Source of the DNA: Patescibacteria group bacterium UBA4787
GTDB taxonomy: Bacteria; Patescibacteriota; Patescibacteriia; UBA2591; UBA4787
DNA length: 64,000 nt
Direction of reading: 5' to 3'
NCBI GenBank assembly: GCA_002402995.1
Contig: DHGX01000001.1
Coordinates: 85,625 to 149,624, forward strand
The notes under the pieces were generated by a model. The model searched no databases, was not told where the DNA came from, and saw only the letters and a program-made list of their open reading frames with translations. Within the stretch, counting starts at the first letter, position 1. The number at the start of each line of letters is the position of its first letter. Both the position numbers and the translations under genes were made by a program. This document shows positions 25,901-35,834 of this stretch, piece after piece.

Positions 25901-27003
25901 TTAATTTTCATTTTTTCTCTAATCTTCTCTAATTCGTGAGTATCTTCAAGTTCTAAAACTTCAACTAATTCGCGAACCGTTTCGTCGTTAAGTTCGACTC
26001 CTTCTTCGAAAAGCACGCCCTTTGTTTCCAGTAAATCAAAGATTATTTTTATATTTTCTTTCCTGGCTTTTTCGTCTTTTTTATCCTCATAACGAGCCAT
26101 ATTTTCTTTTAATTTTCGGCTCAGGTTCTCAATTTCTTTAATATTTATTCTTTTGTTTATTTCAGAAAGTAGTTTATCTTTAACGCTTTGGTCCTTGATA
26201 AAACCGAACAGGGTGGATAAAAATTCAGTCATTAACGCCCGAGGCAGAAGATCTTTTGATATTTCTTTTTCTGGCATAAATTCTCTTTGCCGTAGCCCTT
26301 GTATTTGCGGTTCAAAGATAAACGGTTTTACCGGAAAGGATCGGCCAACATCATGACTATTTTTTAGTTGAATATAGGCCGGCGTATGGACTGCCCCCAA
26401 AGAAACCAAAACATTGATTTTTGGTTTTTTCTGCAATTTTTTATTTTTGCCAATAATTGCCGGCAAGTCATTTTTTATTTTTTCAGCGATATGTTCGTCT
26501 CGTTTCTTTTCTAAGTCGCTATAAAGATTAATTTCTTGGCTAATTGATTTTATGCCTTCTTCTAAGTCGCCCTCAAGAAATTTATCAAAATTTACCTCTC
26601 GTATTTTTCGGATATTTAGGTATTGATCTAACTCATGTCCATCGTCCGAAACATCAGCTAAGAATATTTCTTTATGCGAGTTGTAGATCATTTTAAGAAT
26701 AGCAAATAAGAAATCAGGAAAATTGCCTCCATGTTTTTCATAAAATTGGCTTGGTGAAAGTTTACCCGCAGAGATATTTTTTAAGTCTTTTTTAACTTCT
26801 GGGCTATAGAAGGCCATTTCCGGAATATAAATATCGCAACTCTCAAATTTTTGTTGAATAAATTTAACGTCTTTGGCAGAGGCATGCCATCCAAATGCAA
26901 ATTCAATTTTCATTTTTTCCCTGATTTCTCGTAAATCTTTTTCCGATAATTCTTTTTTTTTGTTTTGCGGGCGTATTTTCTTTTCTGACGGGGTAGAATT
27001 CAC
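25756..27003 (-). CDS. Hypothetical protein, tandem paralog family member A. The ORF runs without a stop into the start of member B.
   Basis: 415-aa ORF. Its C-terminal 40 aa restart the family N-terminal motif (L.EIREKMKI.F..G.H). Confidence 0.45.
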   Translation of the reverse strand: MNSTPSEKKIRPQNKKKELSEKDLREIREKMKIEFAFGWHASAKDVKFIQQKFESCDIYIPEMAFYSPEVKKDLKNISAGKLSPSQFYEKHGGNFPDFLFAILKMIYNSHKEIFLADVSDDGHELDQYLNIRKIREVNFDKFLEGDLEEGIKSISQEINLYSDLEKKRDEHIAEKIKNDLPAIIGKNKKLQKKPKINVLVSLGAVHTPAYIQLKNSHDVGRSFPVKPFIFEPQIQGLRQREFMPEKEISKDLLPRALMTEFLSTLFGFIKDQSVKDKLLSEINKRINIKEIENLSRKLKENMARYEDKKDEKARKENIKIIFDLLETKGVLFEEGVELNDETVRELVEVLELEDTHELEKIREKMKIKFVLGPHTSKENVAPLQKTLEVAMFIFRNLLSIARILKTTSKNFPPEN

Positions 27004-27063
27004 GATCAGCCATATTAAAGTTGGTCATAATTATGGATTTGTTTCGTTAAATTTATTTCGCAA

Positions 27064-28668
27064 TTATTTAACGGGGTAAACTTTTTTAATATCCACACCT
27101 GTATAATAATATTTTAAAATTTGCAGATAATTAGCGCCTTGTTGGGCGGCGACAATCGCGCTTCTTTGCGGCATGCCTACGCCGTGTCCTAATAATTTTT
27201 TGCCTACGCCCGGCGGATCATTTTTAGCGATTAAATACGGCACTGGAGCCGTGGTCATCCTGACGTCGTAAGAGCTGCGAGTGCGGCCATCGCTTTGCGC
27301 GAAATAATAAGCGACAATCGGGTCGTTATTGTATAGAATGACTTGTCCGCGAGTTTCTTCCGCTGCCCGGCCGATATTCGGCGCGCGTTTTTCAAAATTA
27401 TAGCCGCGGTAAACCTGGTCGGCCTGCGTAGCTTTTAAGGTGAAAATTGGTTCTTCGTCCGGCGTATCGGTGTATTTTGGATTTAGATATCTGAATATCG
27501 CATAGGTGCGAGCCGCGATTTTTTGCGCTTTTAATAGTTCGTAGGGCGATGAATCTGAAACCTCAGACACACTTTTGAGATATTTCTCCATAGGCAATTC
27601 GTTAATTAACCAACATCTTTCGGTATTCGGGTTATATTGAACTTCTATAAGACCGCGAAATTCATTGTCGTTAACTGGCATACCCCAAAAAGGTCCGTTA
27701 TTCCAACTGACAATTTTGAAAATTGTGTTTTCGTCTCTTGGTAAGAATCTTAATAGTTGGTCGGTCATTAATAATCGTTGGCCGTTAGAATTGATAAAAT
27801 ATCTTTTAAGATTAAAATCAAAATTAATTTCTAACAGGTCGCCACTCGTCGCATTTACGAGAAGGTTGTTATTTTTATCTCTGATTTCATAGGGCGCATT
27901 ATCCAAAGTTTGAATTTTAATAGGAAGATATTTTTCTTGATCTTTGGTGTCAGCGAAAAATAAGGCCACTCTAAGAGTTGGTTCGGTGAAACGAAGATCT
28001 TCAGGAATACTTTGATCCGAAGAAATCACCTGCCAGAAATAAGGAGTTGGAGAATTATTAATCTGTTCGTTGGCTATGGGTGGAGGAGGCGGCGACGGAT
28101 TTTTACCGCCATATACATTCATTATAATTTCAATTGTGCCACCGGGAATCGGGTCTTTGCCTGCGAATAGGCTGAGTTTATTGGAATAAGGGCCGTTGAT
28201 GTCAGGCGCTTTAACTTTGAATTTAAAAGTGCCGACGACATTCGGGTCAACATAATACTTAACGCGATAGGCTTCGTTTTGAGACAGCCACTCTTTGGCG
28301 TAAAAATCACTATTCTCGCCATTAATCATTTTCAAACTGACAGGCTTGTCGATATTTTTGCCGAGCCATTTTTGGGCGCCGATATTTTTAAATTTAACGA
28401 TAAAAGTCGCTTCTTCGCCAGCTTTTAATTTGAGCGGTTCAATCGGATTCTGCTCTACGCGCAAGGCCTTATAGGCTGGTTTGGCGACTTGTTCGGTTGT
28501 AGCGGTTGCCGCGTATGCATAATTCACCCCGAATTTATTTTGCAAAAAATTTCCCAATAAACTAAGCAACATAGAAACGATCACCACAATAATTATGGCG
28601 ATAAATAAGGCGAGCCAAACTTCTTTACTGGAATGACTTTTCTTGTTTTTTAATTCTTTTTCTTCCAT
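27064..28668 (-). CDS. SpoIID/LytB-domain protein (membrane anchored)
   Basis: N-terminal TM and a C-terminal SpoIID/LytB signature (YYFAQSDGRTRS and GHGVGMPQRSA). Confidence 0.8.
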   Translation of the reverse strand: MEEKELKNKKSHSSKEVWLALFIAIIIVVIVSMLLSLLGNFLQNKFGVNYAYAATATTEQVAKPAYKALRVEQNPIEPLKLKAGEEATFIVKFKNIGAQKWLGKNIDKPVSLKMINGENSDFYAKEWLSQNEAYRVKYYVDPNVVGTFKFKVKAPDINGPYSNKLSLFAGKDPIPGGTIEIIMNVYGGKNPSPPPPPIANEQINNSPTPYFWQVISSDQSIPEDLRFTEPTLRVALFFADTKDQEKYLPIKIQTLDNAPYEIRDKNNNLLVNATSGDLLEINFDFNLKRYFINSNGQRLLMTDQLLRFLPRDENTIFKIVSWNNGPFWGMPVNDNEFRGLIEVQYNPNTERCWLINELPMEKYLKSVSEVSDSSPYELLKAQKIAARTYAIFRYLNPKYTDTPDEEPIFTLKATQADQVYRGYNFEKRAPNIGRAAEETRGQVILYNNDPIVAYYFAQSDGRTRSSYDVRMTTAPVPYLIAKNDPPGVGKKLLGHGVGMPQRSAIVAAQQGANYLQILKYYYTGVDIKKVYPVK

Positions 28669-28695
28669 GTTTAAAATTATTTTAGCTGAAAATTA

Positions 28696-28841
28696 TGACT
28701 CAGTCAACCCCTCACATGGGAACGATATGTTTTGTCTTAGTTAGGGAAAGACATTTTTATTTTAAATAGATTTTTGGTTCTCGTTTCATGTATTAAAAGA
28801 AAAATATATTAAATTCCTTGATTGTTCCCATGTGAGGGGTT
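28696..28841. repeat. Perfect 20-bp inverted repeat pair (TCAACCCCTCACATGGGAAC / GTTCCCATGTGAGGGGTTGA) separated by about 106 bp
   Basis: Arms at 28696-28715 and 28822-28841. The second arm abuts the TTGACA of the downstream promoter. Confidence 0.7.
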
Positions 28842-28844
28842 GAT

Positions 28845-28874
28845 TTGACAAAAGGCGATTTTTGTGACTAAATA
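28845..28874 (+). promoter_or_regulatory. Promoter (TTGACAAAAG...TAAATA) for the 28935 gene
   Basis: tTTGACAaaaggcgatttttgtgacTAAATA; AAGTTCTTTAAAA leader at about 28885. Confidence 0.45.
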
Positions 28875-28934
28875 ATTTTAGTCAGAAAAAAGTTCTTTAA
28901 AATAAATTTTCAATCAATAAATAGGAGCCTGGTA

Positions 28935-29654
28935 ATGAGCAAGACAATCTTCTCGGTCGGCTTTGTACTGGTGTTTTTGGTAGGCCTTAGTTTCGCCCAA
29001 GCCGACCTTGATTCTACTACAACGGTTATCTCAGATCCTTCTTTAATTATGGACGACACAGAGAAGGAAATAGCCCATCGGAAATATCAGAGCTGGGACG
29101 AGATCTTTCGTTTAGGAAAGGCCCAGAAATCCTGTCGCGATTCTGGCGTTAATATCCCCGAGGAATATATTGCCTATACTCGCTACAAGATTGAGCAACT
29201 TTTCAGCGACTCAAGCAACTTTGTTTTCAACGAGAAGGAACTCAATTATATTGTTCAGCAAAAGTTGAGTGAGAAAGCAGGCAATCCGTCAGCCGAAAGC
29301 GTGAAAGTTTTTCTAAGAGACGGCCTAATCAAGGCGAGCGGGACGTTGCTGTCGCCTTTTCGCGCTTCAGTAGTTGTTATGATCAAATCAACGATCGATG
29401 ACAGCACCCACGACGCGAGACTAAAGGTAGTTTCTATGAAAATAAAACGCAAGAGCTTCTTCTCTAAATTCCTTCCTGTACCTCGTCCCATCGTCAATAA
29501 TTTAGCCAACCGCGACCTGAAGAAAATACTTGCTTTTATGCGCGAATATGGCTATCAGATGAAAATCGTCATAACGCCATCAGCTATTCGATTGCTCGGC
29601 CACAAGATAGAGCCGACAATATCGACAACGGCTAGTTTCAAAAACAAGAGGTGA
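28935..29654 (+). CDS. Hypothetical secreted protein
   Basis: Signal peptide MSKTIFSVGFVLVFLVGLSFAQA and SD AGGAGCC; no recognised domain. Confidence 0.4.
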   Translation: MSKTIFSVGFVLVFLVGLSFAQADLDSTTTVISDPSLIMDDTEKEIAHRKYQSWDEIFRLGKAQKSCRDSGVNIPEEYIAYTRYKIEQLFSDSSNFVFNEKELNYIVQQKLSEKAGNPSAESVKVFLRDGLIKASGTLLSPFRASVVVMIKSTIDDSTHDARLKVVSMKIKRKSFFSKFLPVPRPIVNNLANRDLKKILAFMREYGYQMKIVITPSAIRLLGHKIEPTISTTASFKNKR

Positions 29655-29677
29655 ATTAAATTCACCTCTTTTATTTA
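29646..29677 (+). terminator. Rho-independent terminator
   Basis: agaggtgaattaaattcacctct followed by TTTATTT. Confidence 0.65.
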
Positions 29678-29927
29678 GAATATTTAGAAAAAATATGGTA
29701 TACTAATGGAATAAAGGATATTAAGCCCTGTGTTTGTTTCACTCGCTCCAAAAAGCAAATGAATCTGTTTTCCCGCCTGCCAATGCCTTGAGCCGACCTA
29801 AATAAAAACTTTTTATTAAAGATGTCATATTGCTGCCATAAACAAAATAGTTCACGACAACACGGCATAAGGCGAATGGCGGGCAGGTCTCTCGCTTGTC
29901 CACAAATAAAATAACGAATTCTACAAA

Positions 29928-30524
29928 ATGACTTTATTAAAAAATAAACCTATCTTTTCTTGGATAATTGTAGTTGCCTTGCTCGCTCTGGTTATAGGGA
30001 TATTCACGCCCTTGTTATTTAATGATGAATTTTTTGAAAAAGAGCCCGCGTCTCAAAATAAAAAAATTGCAATTTATTTTAATAATAATCAGCTCAATCC
30101 GAACCTTAGCGACTGTAGTAAGACTTATCCAGTTTTTAGAACCATAAACGATGAAATTAATCTGTCGGAAGCGGCACTGAAAGAATTGTTCAAGGGTCCG
30201 ACCGAACAAGAAAAAGAGCAGGGCTATATTTCCTGGTTCTCTCCTCAAACAAAATTTATCTTAAAAAATCTTAAAATAGAAAATAATACAGCCTATGTTG
30301 ATTTAATAGACATTCGGTCTATTATCCCTAATGCTTCTAGTAGCTGTGGTAGCGCGGAATTTTTATCTGAAATAGAAAATACGCTTAAACAATTCCCCGA
30401 AATAGAAAAAATTATCTTTGCTATTAATGAAAAGCCGTCCGATTTTTACGAATGGATACAGATCGGCTGTGATAAGCAGTTGAATAATTGCGACGAAGGG
30501 CCCTTCGCTAATTTTAAAAAATAA
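29928..30524 (+). CDS. Membrane-anchored GerMN-like domain protein
   Basis: N-terminal TM; LKELFKGPTEQEKEQGYISWFSPQTKF...NNTAYVDL resembles the GerM N-terminal/GerMN fold. Weak. Confidence 0.4.
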   Translation: MTLLKNKPIFSWIIVVALLALVIGIFTPLLFNDEFFEKEPASQNKKIAIYFNNNQLNPNLSDCSKTYPVFRTINDEINLSEAALKELFKGPTEQEKEQGYISWFSPQTKFILKNLKIENNTAYVDLIDIRSIIPNASSSCGSAEFLSEIENTLKQFPEIEKIIFAINEKPSDFYEWIQIGCDKQLNNCDEGPFANFKK

Positions 30525-30717
30525 TTTATTTTTTACAATTATGAATGTTTATTTCAAAAACATTGGTGTAATGTTGCCGAAAATACTTTTGTCAAACAAA
30601 AAAGTCGACTTAAGGAAGTGGTCGGTAGTGGCCTGCGACCAATATGCTTCAGGGCCGGCCTATTGGCAAAAAGTTTCTATTTAGAGCGTCGGAAGATTAA
30701 ATAAGCCGTTCTAGCAA

Positions 30718-31281
30718 ATGAGCGTTTATACTCCAAAAATTCAAGAAGCATTGGAATTTGCCGCCAAAGTCCATCAGAATCAAAAAAGAAAGATCGGCGG
30801 TTTGCCATATTTAATACATTCTGTGGGTGTAGCCTTGATTTTGACAGGAATAAACACAGAAGAAGATTTGATCGCCGCCGCCTTACTCCATGACACCATA
30901 GAAGACGGCGAAGGAATTAACAAAGAAGTTTTAGCTAAAAAATTTGGTGATAGAGTAGCCGAAATTGTTTATGGGGTTAGTGAAAAAAGTAAATCATTGT
31001 CATGGCAAGAAAGAAAAGTTGAGGCACTTGATCATGTTGTCAGGGCGGGTTATGACGAGATTTTGGTTAAATCGGCCGACGTGGTTTATAATATGAATGA
31101 TGTCGCCACCAGTTATCAGAATGAGGGCGAGGCGATATTTGAGCACTTTAAGGCTGGCAAAGAACAGCAACTAGAGCGTTATCAAAAATTAGTTAAAACT
31201 ATAAAAAACAAATGGCCGCAGAACCCATTAATGCAGGAGTTAGAGGAAAAGCTGAGCAAGCTGGAGAATCTTTGGCAATAA
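30718..31281 (+). CDS. HD-domain phosphohydrolase, RelA/SpoT-type (p)ppGpp hydrolase-like
   Basis: HD motif (LIHSVGVA...AALLHDTIEDG) typical of the SpoT/RelA N-terminal hydrolase domain; 187 aa with no synthetase domain. Confidence 0.65.
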   Translation: MSVYTPKIQEALEFAAKVHQNQKRKIGGLPYLIHSVGVALILTGINTEEDLIAAALLHDTIEDGEGINKEVLAKKFGDRVAEIVYGVSEKSKSLSWQERKVEALDHVVRAGYDEILVKSADVVYNMNDVATSYQNEGEAIFEHFKAGKEQQLERYQKLVKTIKNKWPQNPLMQELEEKLSKLENLWQ

Positions 31282-31339
31282 ATTTTAATAATTAATAGAA
31301 CATAATTAATTTCTGGCGCAACGATTTATTTGATATTTG

Positions 31340-31588
31340 CCCCGTAATACAACTTCGATGAGACCGACTCTGGTCGGCCCAAAAATCATGGAAAATTTTG
31401 TTAGTTAGATTGATAAACCCCGTTAGAGATTTAAAATTAAATATATTTAGGAGATTGACAAGAGCCGTGAGGCGGCTTCGCCTTAGTTGGGCGACAAAAG
31501 ATAGTCTCGGCTGAATCTCTAACGGGGTAAACATAAATATTTATTAGGACATAAAAATTATTAAAAATATCGAAGATGATATACGGGG
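31340..31588 (+). mobile_element. Miniature inverted-repeat element, family B copy 1 (about 249 bp, includes a nested hairpin module)
   Basis: Imperfect TIRs CCCCGTAATACAACTTCGAT ... ATCGAAGATGATATACGGGG. A second copy lies at 35835-35975. The internal arms AACCCCGTTAGAGATT / AATCTCTAACGGGGT (31416-31431 and 31514-31527) enclose a TTGACA box. Confidence 0.55.
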
Positions 31589-31652
31589 TTTGCCAAAATC
31601 ATTTTATTTCTATAGAATAATTGAGTATTTTAAAATTAAAAGTCTTTTTAAT

Positions 31653-33050
31653 ATGCTTAAGAGAACTATTGTTTCGGACGCAGTGAATAAAGTAGGGCAA
31701 GAAGTCCGGCTTTGCGGTTGGGTTAATACGCGCCGTAATATGGGCAAAATTGTTTTTATTGATTTCCGCGATCGCAGCGGATTGGTTCAGGTTATTTTGG
31801 CGCCTAAAGAATTAGACGATGATTCACGGGAAGTCATTAAAATCATTCGCCCAGAATTCGTGTTAGAAATTATTGGTATGGTTAATGCGCGACCAGTTGG
31901 TCAAATAAAAGAAGAACAATTAACCGGCGCCGTGGAGATTATGGTCAGGTCGGTGAAAATATTGAATGAATCGGAGACTCCGCCCTTTGAAATTGATAAT
32001 GAAACTTTGCAGGCCAACGAGGAGCTTCGTTTGAAATATCGTTATTTGGATCTTCGTCATGAAAGGATGAAAAATAATATTATTATTCGAGACAAGATTT
32101 TTAAATATTTCCGCGATTATCTTTCTCAAAAAGATTTTTTGGAAATTGAAACCCCGATTTTATGTAAGGGCACACCGGAGGGGGCGCGTGAATATTTGGT
32201 GCCTTCGCGCGTTTATCCCGGCAAATTTTATGTTTTGGCGCAGTCGCCCCAGCAATTTAAGCAGCTGCTTATGGTTAGCGGCATGGAAAGATATTTTCAA
32301 ATCGCCAGGTGTTTCCGTGATGAAGACAGCCGCGGTGATCGCCAGCCTGAATTTACCCAATTAGACTTAGAAATTAGCTTTGTTGAGCGCGAAGACGTAA
32401 TGAATTTGATCGAAGACATGCAGATAGAAACCATTAAAGATTTATTTCCGTATAAGCATATAACCCAAACGCCATTTCCGCGATTTACTTGGAAAGAGGT
32501 GATGGAAAAATACGGCACGGATAAACCCGACATTCGCAAAGACAAAAACGATAAAGATGAACTGGGTTTCTGTTGGGTAGTTGATTTTCATTTCTTCGAG
32601 AAAACAGATGGCGGTAAATGGATTTTCACGCATAATCCTTTTTCCGCGCCAAAGACGGAATTTATGGAAAACCTGATGAAAAAAGAAAATATCGAAGAGA
32701 TCATAACCACCCAATACGATTTAGTTTTGAATGGCGTTGAGGTCGCTGGGGGTAGTATCCGTAATCATCAACCCGAGGCTTTAAGAAGGGTTTTCGAAAT
32801 TATGGATTTGAGCGAGGAACAGATTGAAAGTAACTTCGGTCATATGTTTGAAGCACTTAAATATGGAGCTCCGCCACATGGCGGCATTGCCATAGGGCTT
32901 GATCGTTTGGTTATGATTTTACAAAACGAACCCAGTATTCGCGAAGTTATAGCTTTCCCCAAAACCAGCGATGGCCGCGATCCGATGATGGGCGCGCCCT
33001 CAGAGATACCATCGGAAAAAATTAAAGAAGCCAACATTAATATTTTATAA
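31653..33050 (+). CDS. aspS: Aspartyl-tRNA synthetase (compact type without GAD insertion)
   Basis: N-terminal OB fold (VRLCGWVNTRRNMGKIVFIDFRDRSG), class II motif 2 FRDEDSRGDRQPEFTQLDLE, and motif 3 GGIAIGLDRLVM. Start set at MLKRTIV. Confidence 0.85.
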   Translation: MLKRTIVSDAVNKVGQEVRLCGWVNTRRNMGKIVFIDFRDRSGLVQVILAPKELDDDSREVIKIIRPEFVLEIIGMVNARPVGQIKEEQLTGAVEIMVRSVKILNESETPPFEIDNETLQANEELRLKYRYLDLRHERMKNNIIIRDKIFKYFRDYLSQKDFLEIETPILCKGTPEGAREYLVPSRVYPGKFYVLAQSPQQFKQLLMVSGMERYFQIARCFRDEDSRGDRQPEFTQLDLEISFVEREDVMNLIEDMQIETIKDLFPYKHITQTPFPRFTWKEVMEKYGTDKPDIRKDKNDKDELGFCWVVDFHFFEKTDGGKWIFTHNPFSAPKTEFMENLMKKENIEEIITTQYDLVLNGVEVAGGSIRNHQPEALRRVFEIMDLSEEQIESNFGHMFEALKYGAPPHGGIAIGLDRLVMILQNEPSIREVIAFPKTSDGRDPMMGAPSEIPSEKIKEANINIL

Positions 33051-33061
33051 TATTAGACTCA

Positions 33062-33961
33062 ATGGCCCGCATTTTTAAATTAGCTTGGCAAAATTTTGTC
33101 CGCAATATTTGGTTGTCGTGCACATTAATTATCATTTTGATATTAATGTTTTTTTCGTTTAGTATCGTCAGCGGCATAAATTTGATAATACGCGAAACAG
33201 TCAATAGCTTACGCAATCGAGTTGATTTGAGCCTTTATTTTAAGCCGAATGCAGGGGAAGAGAAAATAAATGTTTTAAAAAATCAGCTTCAAAAGATGCC
33301 GGAAATTCAAGAGATTAATTATGTATCACCAGAAGAAGCTTTAGTTAAATTTAAAGATCTTCACGTACAGGACAACCTAATCAATAAGTCACTGGAAGAA
33401 TTAGATAAGAATCCTTTTGGCGGCACGATTTTAATTAAAGTGAAATCAATTGAAGATTACGAAGCGGTTCGGGAATTATTAAAGGGCGATGCCTACCAAC
33501 AAATTATTCAAGAAATGAATTTTTATAATTATGAACAAGTAGTTACGCAAATCGATCAATGGGGGACAAAAATTAAATTTACCGGATTTTTGGTCAGCAG
33601 TATCTTTGTTCTAATCGTTGCCTTGGTCGTTTTTAACGCCATTCGATTGAGTATTTATGCTCGCCAGGAAGAAATTAAAATTATGCGACTAGTCGGGGCG
33701 TCAGCTGGATTTATTCGTTGGCCGTTTATTTTGGAAATAACATTTAGTATTTTATTGAGCTGGATTATCGCGGGCGGATGTTTTATTTCTTCTCTGTATT
33801 TTATTCAACCCAAGATTTTTGAATTTTTAAACTTTAATTTCCCGATTTCCACATATGTTTTGAATAATCTCCCGATATTTTTTGGGCCGCAATTAATTTT
33901 TGCTTTTCTGATTTGTATCTTGAGCTCCTCTTTGGCTATGCGCAAATATTTGGAGATTTAA
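33062..33961 (+). CDS. ftsX: FtsX-like permease
   Basis: N-terminal TM, a periplasmic domain and a C-terminal three-TM bundle with LRLVGAS..FIRWPF typical of FtsX. Confidence 0.7.
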   Translation: MARIFKLAWQNFVRNIWLSCTLIIILILMFFSFSIVSGINLIIRETVNSLRNRVDLSLYFKPNAGEEKINVLKNQLQKMPEIQEINYVSPEEALVKFKDLHVQDNLINKSLEELDKNPFGGTILIKVKSIEDYEAVRELLKGDAYQQIIQEMNFYNYEQVVTQIDQWGTKIKFTGFLVSSIFVLIVALVVFNAIRLSIYARQEEIKIMRLVGASAGFIRWPFILEITFSILLSWIIAGGCFISSLYFIQPKIFEFLNFNFPISTYVLNNLPIFFGPQLIFAFLICILSSSLAMRKYLEI

Positions 33962-33966
33962 TTTTT

Positions 33967-35355
33967 ATGTTAGCTTATTTTAAAACCAAGAGATTTAAAA
34001 TTTATTTGGGTTTAGCCCTGTCTATATTTATTGTTCTGCCGGTTTTGGCAGGGTTTTTTTATTTAGCTACTCCCATAGATAATTTGCGTGATTTAACACC
34101 CAAAGATCAGACGATCTTTTATGCTCATTTTAACGTCAATACGCGTCATCTGATTGGCAATCGCGCCTATCATTTTCTTAAAGATCATTGGCCAGAGAAG
34201 GAATTGACGCAATTATACGCGAGATACCCAATTTATGAGCTTTTTAAGTACAATTTTAATGTCGCAATTTTGGACGCTCTCGATGACTTTTCGTTGGTTC
34301 TTTTAAAAGACGAGAAAGACGGAACCATAAATCCGATTGTGATGTATCATTTTAAATCATCTTTTTCGTCGCCAACAATTGTAACTGGCGAAAAAAGAGA
34401 CAATCAAGTTTATAGTCGGCTACTTGATAATCGAATCGCAGTCATTGGCTTAAAAGAGAATTTATTGAATGAATTCTTGTCGCCGGCCCATTCGCCATTT
34501 TCTAAGATTATTTCGCCGCTTCAATATGTCAGCAATGATTTTTTGAACGGCTACGCGACTAATAATATTCTGCCGAGCAATAATTATTTTTCTTTTTTGG
34601 GGAAAGAAAGCGTACAAAAGATTGGCCAGATAAAATTTAGGGCCCGCAATCTTAAAAATTTAATTTTTTTTGAGGCTAGGGTTTTTGATGTAGGGAATGA
34701 AGAGGTTCGTCTTTTTGAAGATCATTTTTCAAATTTTGTTAACTTTTTATCGCCCCGGCCCGGGCTGGCTAGTTTTTTTAATATTGAAATCGATTCGAGT
34801 ATTAGAATTTTTCTCGGACTCAATAATGCTTCTTTAATTGATGGAGACAACGGGGCGCAAATTTATTTACGTGGTCCGCAATTTTCGCCAAATTTATTTT
34901 GGGAAGATTTTAAAAATAATTTAGCTCGAGCTTTTCCAGAAGAAAAAACGATACTTCTGCCCGATAAAACCAAGACGATCGAATATATTATGAACCTTGA
35001 TCGTTTTTCCGCCGAGAAAGAGCAAGTTGAAGATTTTACTTTAAATAAAATTATTATTAATCGTCCTGACTTATCATCGAAAAATCGAGAGCGCGCATGG
35101 GCTTTTAATGACCATTTCGTAATTTTAGGCAACAATATTAATTTTGTAAAAAATATTATCAACAATTATTATCTTAATTCCCAAGACAAGCGTTTCGTAA
35201 AAGATTTATTAATTCTAAAAACGAGATGTGTTCCTTTAGATAGCAAAAAAATAATTTTTTATAATTTTCCAGCACAAGGATGGTTTAAAAAATTAATTGC
35301 AGGCATGGTTCTTTCCGATAATTCTCTTCTCTGGGGCGGTTGTTTTTCGTACTAG
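33967..35355 (+). CDS. Hypothetical membrane-anchored protein
   Basis: Start at MLAYFKT directly after the ftsX stop; one N-terminal TM; no recognised domain. Confidence 0.4.
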   Translation: MLAYFKTKRFKIYLGLALSIFIVLPVLAGFFYLATPIDNLRDLTPKDQTIFYAHFNVNTRHLIGNRAYHFLKDHWPEKELTQLYARYPIYELFKYNFNVAILDALDDFSLVLLKDEKDGTINPIVMYHFKSSFSSPTIVTGEKRDNQVYSRLLDNRIAVIGLKENLLNEFLSPAHSPFSKIISPLQYVSNDFLNGYATNNILPSNNYFSFLGKESVQKIGQIKFRARNLKNLIFFEARVFDVGNEEVRLFEDHFSNFVNFLSPRPGLASFFNIEIDSSIRIFLGLNNASLIDGDNGAQIYLRGPQFSPNLFWEDFKNNLARAFPEEKTILLPDKTKTIEYIMNLDRFSAEKEQVEDFTLNKIIINRPDLSSKNRERAWAFNDHFVILGNNINFVKNIINNYYLNSQDKRFVKDLLILKTRCVPLDSKKIIFYNFPAQGWFKKLIAGMVLSDNSLLWGGCFSY

Positions 35356-35460
35356 CTTATTTGTGGGGATAAGTTGTGGATAAGGCTCTTGCCAGAAACG
35401 GCGATAAGCATAATATATTGTAATTATCTTAATAAATGACTAATCTTTATTTTTTATCTT

Positions 35461-35826
35461 ATGAACAAAAAAGACATGGAATTATTTAAAAATCGTCTGG
35501 AGGAGATGAAAAAGAGCGTAGAGGGCCAGCTAAGCGAAGTGGCTGAAAAAAGCTCGCATGGCGAGAACGTTTACGAAGCTAAATTCCCCGAATTTGGAGA
35601 CACGGAAGATGAAAATATTGACGAGGTAACCACTTTCGTTGATCGTCTCTCCATCGAAGAAAATTTAGAAAATCAATTACAAGAAATTAATTTGGCATTG
35701 GAAAAAATAAAAAAGAATAAATATGGTTTTTGCGAGTCTTGTGATAAAGAAATTCAAGAAAAAAGGCTAGAGGCCATACCAACCGCTCGTTGGTGTTTAG
35801 AATGTAAGGCAAAGATAAGCAAATAA
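35461..35826 (+). CDS. DksA/TraR-family C4 zinc-finger protein
   Basis: Coiled-coil N-terminus and C-terminal CESCDKEI...ARWCLEC four-Cys finger. Confidence 0.7.
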   Translation: MNKKDMELFKNRLEEMKKSVEGQLSEVAEKSSHGENVYEAKFPEFGDTEDENIDEVTTFVDRLSIEENLENQLQEINLALEKIKKNKYGFCESCDKEIQEKRLEAIPTARWCLECKAKISK

Positions 35827-35834
35827 TCATTATG

